Origin: the human T2T-CHM13v2.0 reference genome, Homo sapiens
Assembly (NCBI RefSeq): GCF_009914755.1
Contig: NC_060928.1
Direction: 5' to 3' (one strand)
DNA length: 64,000 nt
The notes below the pieces were generated by a model. It was not told the origin of the DNA. It saw only the letters and a program-made list of their open reading frames with translations, and made no database searches. Made by a program: the position numbers and the translations under genes. Shown here in pieces: positions 28,801 through 44,559 of the stretch (its first letter is position 1; each line of letters opens with the position of its first letter).

Positions 28801-29669
28801 TGTTGTATTAGCTTATCCTCTCCTAAACCAAAGTTGAAATGAATACTAAATAAACTCAAAATCAAGTCCAGGAACTTCTATCTGAATCCTATTTTCAGGT
28901 TCTCTAAGGCTCCATGCAGGGGAAATTTACATGTTCTATGTGCCTTTGAGCCAGAATTATCCTTGAGCATTTTGATGCCCAGAAATGACTAAATGTCTCA
29001 GGGCATTTGTTTGCTTTAGGTTAAGCTGGAGAAGTTTCAAATTGTGTAGTAATCTTTTTCTTTAAGCGATGGTATTTCATTTCAGCTTGAAGTCCTGTTT
29101 TCGAACGGAACCTTAGTAGATTTCTACCTTTCCTTTCCTTTTTTTCCATAATGTAGATCTCATTTCATGCTCCTCCCAATCTCTACCTCAACCTTACCTC
29201 AGAAGACTTTATACTGTTCTTAAGAGATCATGTTAATCCATCAAGAGTAAACACACTGGAGAGCAGGAACCCAAAGCCACCCGAGTGGAGAGACAGACAC
29301 AAGCACAGAGTGAGACTGTACTTCACATCTGGAAATTCCCTCATTCCTCTTTTGCTGCTCTACTGTTGGTATTACTTTAACATGAAATGGAGCTGACAAT
29401 TTGAACTGTGTAAATAGAAGCCCTTAACAAAATGTACCTCATAGTAAAATGATGGTTTAATGAAACCTACAGATTAGAGTTCTGCTTTAAGTCAACAAGG
29501 TGTTATTTTAACAAACTTCCAAGCTCTAAAGATGTAGAGCACAGTTTACAGGTATATGGCACACTCAAAGATCTGCTACCTACAGGCTCTGACTTGCAAT
29601 CAGAGGCATTTATCTTATTTGGTTCAGGCAAGGCAGTATCAGGTGCAGCTAAGATCCTTTAAGAAAAAG

Positions 29670-29820
29670 AGTTGGAAAACTCATAGCTTGGCCACTCCCT
29701 TGCTCTGTGACTTTGGGCAAGTCATTTCATCTATGTGGGCTTGTTTCAACTTTTATAAATCGAGGTGGTGCTGAATTATATCATCCTGAAGTCTCTTTTA
29801 GTTTTAACATTATCATTCTT
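29670..29820 (+). mobile_element. MIR (MIRc/MIR3-like)
   Basis: ctctgtgactttgggcaagtcatttc core. Confidence 0.7.
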
Positions 29821-30012
29821 CTAAATATGTTTTTATGCATGAAGTTTACAATGTTTGTGATTATAAAATGATTCATTAAAGAAAAATTAGACAAAATAAA
29901 GAGAAAAATCTTTGTAAAATCACTACCTAAAAACTGCTGTTAATATTTTTGTTTATTTTTCTAATTCTATTTTCTATACATATTTCTACATAATATTTAA
30001 GTACTAGACACA

Positions 30013-30577
30013 TGTATGATGTTTGTTCACCTAGGGCTCCTCCAGCCTGGGCGTACATACCTTACACCAATGTGACCTGACCTCTCTGGCCACTGGATAC
30101 AACCACAGTCCATTCTAACTAACGAAGGACCTAGAAGTTGTGGTTTGACTGAAACAAACAAAAAAATGAGCTAGACCACTCAATTTAGGAATTTGAAATT
30201 GGGAGACTGAGAGATGAAATCAATTAGTAATGAGGCTGAGATGAGCAGATGCATGATATAATTGAAGCTAAGGAAAACATTTTGGACAATGTGCCCGCTG
30301 AAGTTATGAAGACAGCAAAATTATGTTTAAGGGAAGGAGGTTGAAGTGGTAGAGTGAGAAATATGGAGTAGGCATGCAGGGAGAAGCCTTGACAGGAAAA
30401 TCTAGTAGCCTGAGAGAAGACCTTTGTGCTTAGTAATTTTCCAGATTCAGTTTCCAAGAGGTCTGTTATTGACTCCTGTGCTTTGATTCTCATGAGGCTC
30501 CTGAAACATACTTAAAATAAAAGTCCTTTTATCTGAGCGGGGTCAATGTTACTGGCAACCAAAAGAGACCTGACTCA
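30013..30577 (+). mobile_element. Old ERVL/MaLR-class LTR remnant
   Basis: ctggccactgga..ggaatttgaa..aataaaagtcctttt..gcaaccaaaagagacctgact; subfamily uncertain. Confidence 0.45.
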
Positions 30578-30812
30578 ATTTAAATTTGAATTAAGATATT
30601 TTATTGATGATTATAAACTATTTCCCCAAGTTATTACATATGCTTTAGATGCATAGTTTTCAATGGCTAAATAATAATGTATAGTAGGATACATTATATA
30701 AAGAACCTGAGTGTCAGTGAAGCTGATTAGTGTTAATGCTGTTAGAATTATTCCCTAGGTATTAAAAAATCTAAGACCTGAAGTTACCCAGAGGATTCTG
30801 GAAAAGCTCCAA

Positions 30813-30849
30813 CATTCTTTCAAGAATCCTTTTACCTGCTAGAAGAGGC

Positions 30850-30898
<49 letters not shown>

Positions 30899-30994
30899 CT
30901 ACACAGCTTAATCATTCTTTCAAGAATCCTTTTACCTGCTAGAAAAGGCAACACACACACACACGCACACACACACACAGCTACACAGCTTAAT
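30813..30994. repeat. Tandem duplication with a (CA)n microsatellite in each copy
   Basis: Copy 1 at 30813-30912 has (AC)23; copy 2 at 30913-30994 has an interrupted 14-unit tract. Confidence 0.97.
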
Positions 30995-31990
30995 CAGTAG
31001 AATTTAACATGGATAAATTCAGCCTGACTTCAAAAAAATCTCGAGTGCTGTTTTCCTAACTTAATCCATTACAAATGTTTTTATGAGGGCACAGTGGGTA
31101 TTCTCCAGCTTCCCCATGCCATCATAATTCAGACAGAGCCCCACCCTAATCTGATCTTAGTCATGGAACAAGAAAATCTGGGACAAAGGCCACTGTGAAG
31201 TTCAGATGAGCAAGTTAGGCACACAGGAACAACGTGTGCACCTAAACTCTAAATCCACATTTTCTAATAGAAAGATTAAAAGAATATACAATGCCATAAT
31301 TATCTTTATAAGAAAGGTCAAAATGGTATCAGCTCATAGACGAAATGGTATCAGCTCAAGCAATGGCATCACCAATGCTTGGTAAAGCCTCCAGCAAGCC
31401 ATGAGGAATCTAGGCTCCATTCAAAACATGATATCAAATGTTGCCCTTTGCAAATCTGGAAATTGCTTAAGAAAAAAAAAAAATCTATCCCCTTCCCTCA
31501 CACAAATTTTATACACATGGTAACTTGAAAATTCTCCACTAGCTCTTCTTTCCCAACATGATAGGACAATTAGTCTTTCTAATCTGGGTTTCTCCCAAAG
31601 CCCTGAACTCACACCAATTCTCTCATAAAATTACTCCAATTCGGTATTATTGAATACAGCAGAGACACACTCACAGTTTTAATTAAAGAGGCAAAGGCAT
31701 CTCTGAATAGGAAGTAGTCTTTGAGTGCTTTGCTTGTCTTTTTCAGGGAGTGGATGACAGACACTGTGATGTCGCTAAACCACCTATAAGGTAAGGGATG
31801 TAAAGTTTTTGTGTTTATTTATATGATTTAGAATTTATCGTGGACCTATTTAAGTGTTAATTCTGAGAAAATAGAAAATGAAGTATGTAAAAGCATTTTA
31901 TAAAATTTAAATATACTTACACTCCAAATGGAGTGCTTTGCTTTTGCTGGAAGGACAAATAGGCAATGAGGTCTATTGAACAGATCAGAC

Positions 31991-33295
31991 TGAGAGATGA
32001 CAGCGTGCTGGCAGCCCTCACAGCCCTTGCTCGCTCTCAGTGCCTCCTCGGCCTCAGTGCCCACTCTGGTCGCACTTTAGGGGCCCTTCAGCCCGTCACT
32101 GCACCGTAGGAGCCCCTCTCTGGGCTGGCTGATGCTGGAGCTGGCTCCCTTGGCTTGCGGGGAGGTGTGGAGGGAGAGGCGGGGGCAGGAACCGGGGCTG
32201 CATGCAGCACGTGTGGGCCAGTGCCAGTTCTGGGTGGACGTGCGCTCAGCAGGCCCCACACTCAGAGCAGCCGGCCGGTGCTGCTAGCCCCAGGCAGTGA
32301 GGGGCTTAGCACCCATGCCAGCAGCTGCGGAGAGTGCGCCGGGTCCCCCAGCAGTGCTGGCCCGTCAGCACTGCCCTTGAATTCTCGCTGGGCCTCAGCT
32401 GCCTCCCCGTGGGGCAGGGCTCGGGACCTGCAGCCTGCCATGCCCAAGCCTCCCCCTGCCGCCGTGGGCTCCTGTGGGAGGCCTGAGCCTCCCGGAGCAG
32501 CGCAGCCCCCTGCTCCACTGCACCTGGTCCCATTGACTTGGGCTGAGGAGTGTGAGTGCACTGCGAGGGACTGGCGGCAGGCAGCTCCACCTGCAGCCCC
32601 GGTGTGGGATCCACTAGGTGAAGCCAGCCAGGCTCCTGAGTCTAGTGGGGACTTGGAGAACCTTTATGTCTAGCTAAGGGATTGTAAATACACCAATCAG
32701 CACTCTGTGTCCAGCTCAAGGTTTGTAAATACACCAATCAGCACTCTGTGTCTAGCTCAAGGTTTGTAAATGCACCAATCAGCACCCTGTATCTAGCTCA
32801 AGGTTTGTAAATGCACCAATCAGGGCTCTGTGTCTAGCTAATCTAGTGGGGACTTGGAGAACTTTTGTGTGTAGCTCAGGGATTGTAAACACATGAATCT
32901 GCACCCTGTCAAAACGGACCAATCAGCTCTCTGTAAAATGGACCAATCAGCAGGATGTGGGTGGGGCCATATAAATAAAAGCAGGCTGCCAGAGCCAGCA
33001 TTGGCAACCCGCTCTGGTCCCCTTCTGCACTGTGGAAGCTTTGTTCTTTCGCTCTTTGCTGCTCATGGGTCCACACTGCCTTTATGAGCTGTAACACTCA
33101 CAGCGAAGGTCTGCAGCTTCACTCCTGAGACCAGCGAGACCACGAATCCACCAGAAGGAAGAAACTCCGAACATGTCTGAACATCAGAAGGAACAAACTC
33201 CGGACACATCACCTTTAAGAACTGTAACACTCACAAGGGTCCACGGCTTCATTCTTGAAGTCAGTGAGACCAAGAACCCACCAATTCCGGACACA
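31991..33295 (+). mobile_element. ERV9 LTR12 solo LTR (LTR12D/E-like; C not excluded)
   Basis: Termini tgagagatgacagcgtgctggc and ccaattccggacaca; 4-bp TSD agac at 31987-31990 and 33296-33299; GC-rich U3 with CCAAT repeats. Confidence 0.97.
32680..33005 (+). promoter_or_regulatory. LTR12 U3 NF-Y enhancer repeats and core promoter
   Basis: CCAAT at 32693, 32734, 32775, 32816 (41-bp period), 32919 and 32943; GT-box gggtgggg; TATAAATA at 32970-32977. Confidence 0.75.
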
Positions 33296-33299
33296 AGAC

Positions 33300-33400
33300 T
33301 GGAACATCACAGACTTGGGTTCAAATCCCACTGCCTGTTTAACCCTTGGCAAGGTCCTCACCACTTCATGTTTTGATTTCCTCATCTAAAATATAGCATC
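33300..33400 (+). mobile_element. MIR fragment abutting LTR12
   Basis: agacttgggttcaaatccc..cttggcaag..tttcctcatct. Confidence 0.65.
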
Positions 33401-33840
33401 ATTGATGAACTATGTATTTAATCAAGGTTAAATGTATTCTGTATTAGTGATGCCTCCCTTACTAAGTTAATGAGAATATTAAATGATATTTGCAATGTGT
33501 CTGCCATAAAAAGTGGTCTTAATGACATCAGCATTAGATAGGAATATCTCTGGTGTTCCATAATTAGCTATGAGCTGGCTATTGTTTTCCAGTATTATAA
33601 AAACTTTCCTGGAAAGTCTTCCAATCAAAATATAAAAAGTGCAATTGATTTTATCTCTTTTCTAGATATTTTATTTCTAGCTATACAGAGTATACATCTC
33701 TTTAGAAAGCCCAGGAGACTGAATAAAACATCAGAATTAATGTTTTAAAGGTTCAGTATGGTGACCAGAGTCAAAATGCATATTAAAAATTCACAAGTTG
33801 TTCTGTGTACTGTCAACCTTAAAGAGATTTAGAAAACATG

Positions 33841-34168
<328 letters not shown>

Positions 34169-34289
34169 TTAGAAAATATGATTAAATATAGAGTCTATAA
34201 TAAACTCTATATTTAGTGGTCTTAATGGGCATCCTTGTCTTGTTTCCCTATGTATATAGTTTATAAAAAACTCAATACTTAATCATCAT

Positions 34290-34641
34290 CCAAAGCTTGA
34301 GAATAGCCACCTGATGGCATAAATTTAAGTTGTCTTGAATATACACTCTGATTAGTGGTAGTTATGGGTGGGTTTTTATGGAAAATAGAAGTGGTAGTTC
34401 TTAAGGTGTTTACCAAGAATTTATATTAAGTTAATATAAACTATTAATTGACTATATATTGGTTTTTGTATCACAATTTCCAGGAACATGAAGATAATGA
34501 GTGAGGCAGTTAGGAGGAAAAATGGCTTTAAATAATTGTTCCCAGGCATGAATGTGGGGCTGAAGTCCCATACTCACTTCTCTGGGCCTGGTAAATTTTG
34601 TATATCTCAGTGCAGACTGCTCTGAGCTATTTTTCTTTTCT
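34290..34641 (-). mobile_element. ERV1 LTR fragment (MER34-like)
   Basis: Ends gaagtcccatactca..tctctgggcctg..cagactgctctgagctatttttcttttct. Confidence 0.6.
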
Positions 34642-35049
34642 TGGTATCGTAAACTAACAGGGAATGAATTAACTTTCCAATGATAATATTAGAAAAAATG
34701 GTATAATCTGGAGGAAAACATCAACCTCAATCCTCACCTCATCCTACACATCAAAGTCATTCATCCCATAATTGTTTCAGTGTTAAATGTAAATACTGAC
34801 ATCACAGAAAAATTGGAAGTATAGAAGGGTGATGATATTGGGTCACTCCAATAAACACACACACCCACCTGTAGATTTAACCATATAGAGACAGAGATAT
34901 ATAGATATACTTATTTAGATGTCAAAAAGTATAATACAGCAGAAGCATAATACAGTTGGCCCACCCACCATTTAATGAAAGTAGCAGTAGCATCTCTGAA
35001 TATGAAGTCTTCTTTTTTTGAGTGTTTTGCCTTATCTTTTTTCAGGGAT

Positions 35050-35171
35050 ATAGAAGGCCAACTGTACTACACTATTTTGTACCAGGGACTTTAGCATACA
35101 GCATTGACCTCAGCTTTTACTATCTGCAGGGTTCCTGTTACCAATCCCTGCAGATGCTGACGTATGACTGT
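35050..35171. mobile_element. MER2 (TcMar-Tigger) terminal fragment
   Basis: agggacttt agcat..ccaatccctgcagat..gactgt resembles the MER2 end. Confidence 0.55.
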
Positions 35172-36239
35172 GACAGAATTGACCCAAGTTACCTGCGTCA
35201 CTGGGAGGGGCCCAGGGGAAGGTTCCCCAAACCTCACTGTATTATATGTGTGTCTAATGCTATATATTTGGTTAAAAAAATTTATTGCCTAGACAGAAGA
35301 GACCTTTTTTTAGTCTAAGTTTTATAAGTTTCTATATCCACCTCCTAGAAAGCCTACAAGTTTCTATATCCACCTCCCAGACTCTAAAGCAGCATTAAAA
35401 TAAAACCTAATTTTTAAATCTCAACCAATTCATCTTTTACGCCCAGTGAGAAACATTTGCGTGTATATCATCTTCCTAAAGTTTTATGAAAGCCTTAAAA
35501 GATAAAACAGACAATAGGGGAAATATTTGTTTAAAAATATGACAGGATTATTTATATTTATTACGTGAGTTTAACCTAAATAATAAACCTGGGCTTTTCA
35601 AACTCCTGGTAAGTCCCATACTACCCCAAGGACTCATCCAAACAAAACACAAATCAAATTCCATGCCCTTGAAGAGCACTATAGACATTTTATTAAAGAC
35701 TTTTGTTTTGTTTGGAGGAGCAGAGGTATTAATAGCAGGAAATGAGATTTCACTGCATGAAACACAGTAAAATTTATTAAAAATCCTCTTTGCCCATCCC
35801 TTTCATCAAAGCCTCATTAATCAGAGCTGCTGCTCATACTCCTTATCATCTTGTCCCCAAACCGGGAACAAGTAGCCCATCCTGGCTTTTTTTCTTATCT
35901 TCCTCTTATCCCTCTTGCTAAGTAGCTCCAACCTCTTGCTGTTTTCATAAATATTCCCCTAGCCCCCAATCAGGTATCTCTATATTTCCACATCTTATTT
36001 TTTTAAAATATATGTCCGTGCTTTTTCTTATGTTTATCAATTTAGCCTATACTCTCCCAACGCCGCCTCACTCCAGTCAGCAGAGTTCAACATTCCTCCT
36101 TATGAGCAGAGAAATGAGGAACAGAAAAGAGAGAAAGGGAAAGGTGGAGAGATTACAAAACAATTCCACAATTAAACAAATATATGATTTAATGTATTTT
36201 TATTTGATCCCTGTCACATATATTTTTTAAAAGTCAGTA

Positions 36240-37300
<1,061 letters not shown>

Positions 37301-38057
37301 ATGATCAGAAAAAGAGTTTTGTTTTTTAAAAAAAACAAGAAAAGACATCCAAATTCTATTGTAAATAATCAAATAACATTTCTATTTGTCATTAATTAAC
37401 ATTCCAAACTCATGGATGAAACTTAAAGATTAAATTTCTTGTCCCTGGAAGAGACTTTCTTGAAGATAAAATATACCACTGTGGTCCGGGGTAATTTGAT
37501 AAAGTTGGTGGAGATTAGGGAAAGAAGTGGGAAGAGAAAATTACAGAACATAATGAGAGTTGTATGGTTTCATGAAAAGCCTTAGTTACTTATTCTAAAT
37601 GATAAAGTATTTAATTATTAGAAGCCATTAAAGATGAATTACTATTATATTTATATTTTCCTATTTGAGATATTTAGTAGGTTTTCTAAAAACAACTTTA
37701 AAATAGATTATCTCCACAATTTTATCAACAAATGGTAACATCTTTCTTTGGTATTCTTGGGTTGTTTTTATCTTTTTTTTTTTGCATGACAATAGACAAC
37801 AAATTATTGTTGAGCACCTGATACTAAGAATAGGATTTGATCTTGACCAGATATGATTGCTCAGCACACAAGCCTTCTGGACATGTCAATTACAAATTGC
37901 ATGCAGAATCATAGAGCTGAAAGTTAATGTTAGAGAAGGAACTTGGTTGATTTTTGAATATCATAGCTTAATCTAATCATCCACTGTTTTATTCAGGCTT
38001 CCCATCTTCCCCTGGAAGAGCTAGGTAGGAAGATTAAAATAGTTAAGAATAAATCCA

Positions 38058-38372
<315 letters not shown>

Positions 38373-39339
38373 TCACCATTAGAAAGCCATCTCAGAGTTT
38401 GCCCATTCATAGAAAGTCCTGAGGACAGTATCTTAATTTATCAAATATATGGAGTTCTTCTGTCCTTAAAAACATCCCATATGGATGGGTTTGAAAAAAG
38501 AAAAAACACCTTCTCAGAGAATTCTTGGAGTACTATCTACCAGTACTAGTATTCCTGGAGTACTATATTTTAGGGTATTTCCAGAACTGAACACCCCCGC
38601 AGCAGCCAATAATGCCTCTGGGGAAAACCCGAATAGCCAAATATGAGTTAAGAGTTCCTCTTGGGAAGTAACTTCTAACATTATAGAGCCCCCACCCTAC
38701 TGTTATGCTGGACTCCATTCTAAAGCAGTTATGTCCACTTTGGTCACTCAGGGTGATTTGGAGCCAACCACCACATAAAGCAACTCAGCTCAAGGGTGAC
38801 TACGCTTGTTGAAGTTTACTCTAAAAAAAAAAATTGTATTATAAAATATAATGCATTTACCAAAAAGGGCATAAAATCTGTATGCACAGTTTAATAAGTC
38901 GTTACAAAGGAACACCCATATGGCTATCAACCAAATTAAGAAGAACATTGTCAACACCCCTAGAAACACCCTGTGAAGCCCTTCCTTGTCACAACCCACT
39001 CCCTGAGTTCATTTGAAACACTACCTATCCAGCCCCAGCAAAGATTCTTGTCTGGGATTTTATCAGCACTGAAGAAGTGTTAGAAAGACTTTCCCAAAAT
39101 AGTCCTTACTGTACAGCACATGGGACTTTTTTGGCATTTAATAAGAAAGCTGCTAGTATTTTCAAAAATTTCTCATTGATCATAGGAAATAACTGTTTTC
39201 CAGGACATAATAGGCATAGATGTTCCAGAGGACAGCTTGCTTTAGCAATTTTAAATACTTCAACTTGCTTTTTAATGATTATCTCTAAAAGGACATTTTA
39301 AGAAATTTATATTTCCCCTTCTGAATTCTATCACTTAGC

Positions 39340-40810
<1,471 letters not shown>

Positions 40811-41470
40811 AATTGATTTCTTCCAGAAAGGATGTGTCCCAAGAAAGTCTGAAGACAAGTAGTGAAAATGGCCTTTATCTAGTGAATCACCCATCTAGTG
40901 ATGGAATTCTGACAAATTCGTGTTTTTCTAGGGGGAATCCTAAACTGTTTTCTAAACATTTAATAATTTTCCCAACGCTCTCGGCATCCTGGCATTAGAA
41001 CTTTGATTAGAGAGTGGTTTCATTATTTACAGAGACCCTACAGTAAGACTCAGTCTGAGTGAATAGCTGAGAAAATTGGGTGTCTGTTGTGTCCTCTTAC
41101 AGTGAGGAGGACTTCTATGCCAGAATGGAAAACTACACTTTTGTGTTTACTCAGGGTTTTGTTGAATCACTAAGTTTTTGAATCTTGAAACTGTCAGCTT
41201 TTTATTTCTGCAAACCATCATTTTGCCATTGAGGGAAATAACCTTGAAAAATCTGTACACATGACATACAACTCAGACTTAAGCAGAAGTAGTTACATTT
41301 CCTTTTCCCCTTCTTTAAGAAAAAGAACACATTCACCTGTTTCCAAGTGTTGGCACTTTGTGCCTGCTCCTTAAGTTGGTAGAAATGAAACTTATTGTGA
41401 AAGTAATTATTTGGGCCATTTCTTTTCTACCTTAGGAAAAATCAGTATCAGATGTTTGGTTTCAGTCAGG

Positions 41471-41471
41471 G

Positions 41472-41502
<31 letters not shown>

Positions 41503-41503
41503 G
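41471..41503. repeat. A-rich (AAAAG)n
   Basis: Directly visible. Confidence 0.85.
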
Positions 41504-41554
41504 CTGTAAGACTTATTATGAATGGTTTCCCTGACTCCAAAAATTTACATTCAA

Positions 41555-41900
41555 ATTAATGCTAGGTTAGTCTTCAAAAATTTTAATCACATTATGTTTT
41601 TGCTCAAGAACTATCTATAGTTCCCTACTGCTTACCAAATCAAATTCAAATTCATGTTCTCTCACTATAGATCCCTCACCACTTAGCCAGGCTTTCTTCT
41701 CCCACTCATTTTTCAGAATTAACTCTCCAATCTTGTCACTCTAGTCCATTCTCTGATCTGTATGCTTTTACACTTGCCAATCCCTAACCTAAATGCCTTT
41801 CTTCCAATTCAGATTTTAGCCTTTTTAAAAATCTAGACCAAGTTTAATCTCATCAAGAAGCATTTTCCTGATGGTGGCCCTTACAGATCTTTCTGTCCTT
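41555..41900 (+). mobile_element. L2 fragment
   Basis: gctcaagaac..ccctactgctta..aattcaaa..aagcattttcctga. Confidence 0.55.
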
Positions 41901-42120
41901 TAAATTATGCCTTTCAGAAACAGAATGTTATCATTTAGCATATATTTTTTTCTTTTACTGTTTACAGTGTATTGGTTGTCTAACTAGATTGTCTAAGCAA
42001 AAATGATATGACATAGGACTTTACTTTTAGACATTATTAAATTGAAATTCCTATGAAATTTTAAAGGGGGTAATTTTGATGGTGTGCTTATCAAATCCAC
42101 AAATGACATGATTCTAACAG

Positions 42121-42601
42121 GGTGGCAGATTTCAAAAATGACAGTTTTCATGTCTTCCTACATGTAGGACCTTGGAAAGTGATTTTGAATGTTCTTCCAT
42201 CAAGAGATAGAGTTTATTTTTCCAACCTTCTATTTCGCTGGCCTTGGGATTTATTTTGGCCAATACAGTGTGGGGCAGGTGAAGATATGCCTGTCCTGAG
42301 CTGAGGACTCAGGGGGCCTTCTTATTTCATTTGCTGTCATGGGATTCCCTCCCTTTCCAAGGCTAGCCTGTTGAAGAATGAAAGGTCACGTAGAGCTGAG
42401 ACTAACCATCCCAGCTGAGGTTCTTCTAGACCAACCAGCTCCCACCTGACCACAGATGCATGAGTGAGCCCAGTCAAGTCTAAAAGGACATTGAGCTGAG
42501 CCCAAACTAACTGCTGACACATGGAATTAGAAGCAAAGTTGCTATTTTAAAATTCACTAAGTCTGGGGTGGTTTAATATATGGCAGAAGTTAATGGATAC
42601 A
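42121..42601 (+). mobile_element. MLT1H-like MaLR LTR
   Basis: ttccatcaagag..ttggccaata..gcatgagtgagcccag..cactaagtctggggtggttt..gataca. Confidence 0.8.
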
Positions 42602-42619
42602 AAGGGAATATAAAAAAAT

Positions 42620-43600
42620 GTCAGATGGCAGAATCTCAATCCTAAAAGATTTCAGCATTCTAGAATAATAAACCACACAATTAAGACAAAAATAACTGTG
42701 ATAAGTGCAAAGCTCTAAATTCAAGTTTAAAAAAAATCAACTTGTGATATAGGAAAGCAGAGATAGAGCTTGCCAACATATATGCAAAACATTTAGTCAC
42801 TTTGATTGACCACAAGCATCTAACTCAACCTTGTGTTTCCATTCTTCCAACAAAACTAATTCTACATAAAAAGTAATTTTATACTGTGTGAATTTTGTAA
42901 GAGGCTAAAACAGAGTCAGTCCAGAGGGCAGTTACCATGATGCTGAAGGGCCCAGAAACCATCTCATATAAGGAAAATTGGAAGGCGATGAACTGTAAAT
43001 CCAGTAGAAAGACTGAAAGGGTTGAGCGGGTTAGGTAGCTACCTTCAACTAATTTAAGAGTTGCCATGTGAAAAAGGGATTGGACATGTTTAGTGTCGAC
43101 CCACTAAAAATTAGGACCCATGAATAGAAGCTATAAGAAGGTAAATTTAAGGTCAACATAGGAAGGAAGCTGAGTTAGAGAAGCTGCATTTGTATACTGT
43201 TTATGAATATAGACCATAGTGTCAAAACCAGGTCCTCTACTTACCAGCTATGTGTTGTTGGGTAAGCTGCCCAACCTTGCTAAGCATCAGTTTTCTCATC
43301 ATTAATTCCACTAAAATGGAATTAATAACTATACCATTTTATAAGGTTGTGATGAAGATCAAATAGGATTTTTGAAGATACACTTAACTCAGGGCCTGAC
43401 ACATAGTAAGCACTCAATATATTTATTATTATTCATAATAAGATCTGTATAAATGTGAAATGAGCTGCCTCACAAGGCAGAAAGTTCCCTATCACTGGAG
43501 ATATTTACAGGAGGATTGGCAGATGTTTGTAGAACAGATTTAAGCAACAGATGGGAAGTTAGAGTAGGTGACATTTAAATGACCTTCCAGCACTGAATAA
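42620..43600 (+). mobile_element. L3/CR1 3' remnant with inserted MIR (about 43205-43435)
   Basis: cagatggcagaa..aagtgcaaagct..gtccagagg..ttccctatcactggag (CR1); MIR core cagttttctcatc..aagcactcaata. Confidence 0.6.
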
Positions 43601-44559
43601 GTCTGTCTGTATCCCTTAAGACTGGAATAACTTCTTTAGTATGTTTCAAAATACCTAGCACTATCGATCAAATGATATGCATCTAATACAATTGATAAAA
43701 CTTTGTTGGTTATATCATTATAAATGTGGTTTCCCCATAGTAAGAGTTGTTCCATGCCGAAATGAAAGTATGTGAGGATTTTGTTTTTTTTGTATCTCAT
43801 ATTCTCTAGAAGTATATCATTAAAATTTGTTTTTGTAATGATCAGTTTTGACTAAAACCCAAAACTACAATTTTAATGCAATAAGCTCTTCTTTGTGTGG
43901 TGTTTAAATTCATAGGTGCAAAGCTCTTATCTTTTCATACTTGGCATTCCCCTACCAGAATGCCTAACTTTAAACAGGTCAGATATTTTCAAGGTACAGG
44001 AAGCCTAGGTTTCTTCTGTGATTGGTCTCATATCAAAAGTCAAGCTGGAGTCAGTAACCATTTTTCCTTCTCTTTATACATACAGCATCTGGAATTGCTA
44101 ATCACATTTATCACTCTTGCCTACTAAAGGCACAGCAGGCAGTTCTAACTCCCATTGCAGTTCTCTTTAATAAAATAGATTGGGTAGAATTGCCTAAATT
44201 GTTTAATATGCCTGTCTTCCTCAATTATCTCATTGTTATCAGTTAATAGAGAGGAATTCACACTGGCCGAGGCTTGAGTCTCTGTGGTCTTAACTGATAA
44301 AAATCTTTCCTTTCCTTAAGACGAGTTTTAGCATAGTAATAGGCATTAATCATCTGTAAGGAAAAGAAGTGTTTTGTTTTCCTCATTAATGAAGTTAAGA
44401 GTCTGGTGCTCTGGCTGGAGAATGAAAAAATATACAAGTGAGAAGAAGAGTTCTGAAGTCTAGGTTTGAATGAGCTCTGCATTCTCAGTATGTGGTGACA
44501 TGAATAGAAAAGGTATTCACAGGCACAAGCAGGATTTCTGGACCATGCCGTGCCTAGTA

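Noticed and set aside
32680-32830. Regular 41-bp repeats (and the 28-bp array at 18883) as a CRISPR-like array
   Set aside because: Head-to-tail repeats without unique spacers, no cas genes, eukaryotic context; the 41-mers are the known LTR12 U3 repeats.
32077-33376. GC-rich ORFs up to 172 aa and a CpG-island-like stretch
   Set aside because: They lie almost entirely within LTR12; the GC-rich U3 is stop-poor and there is no gag/pol/env similarity.
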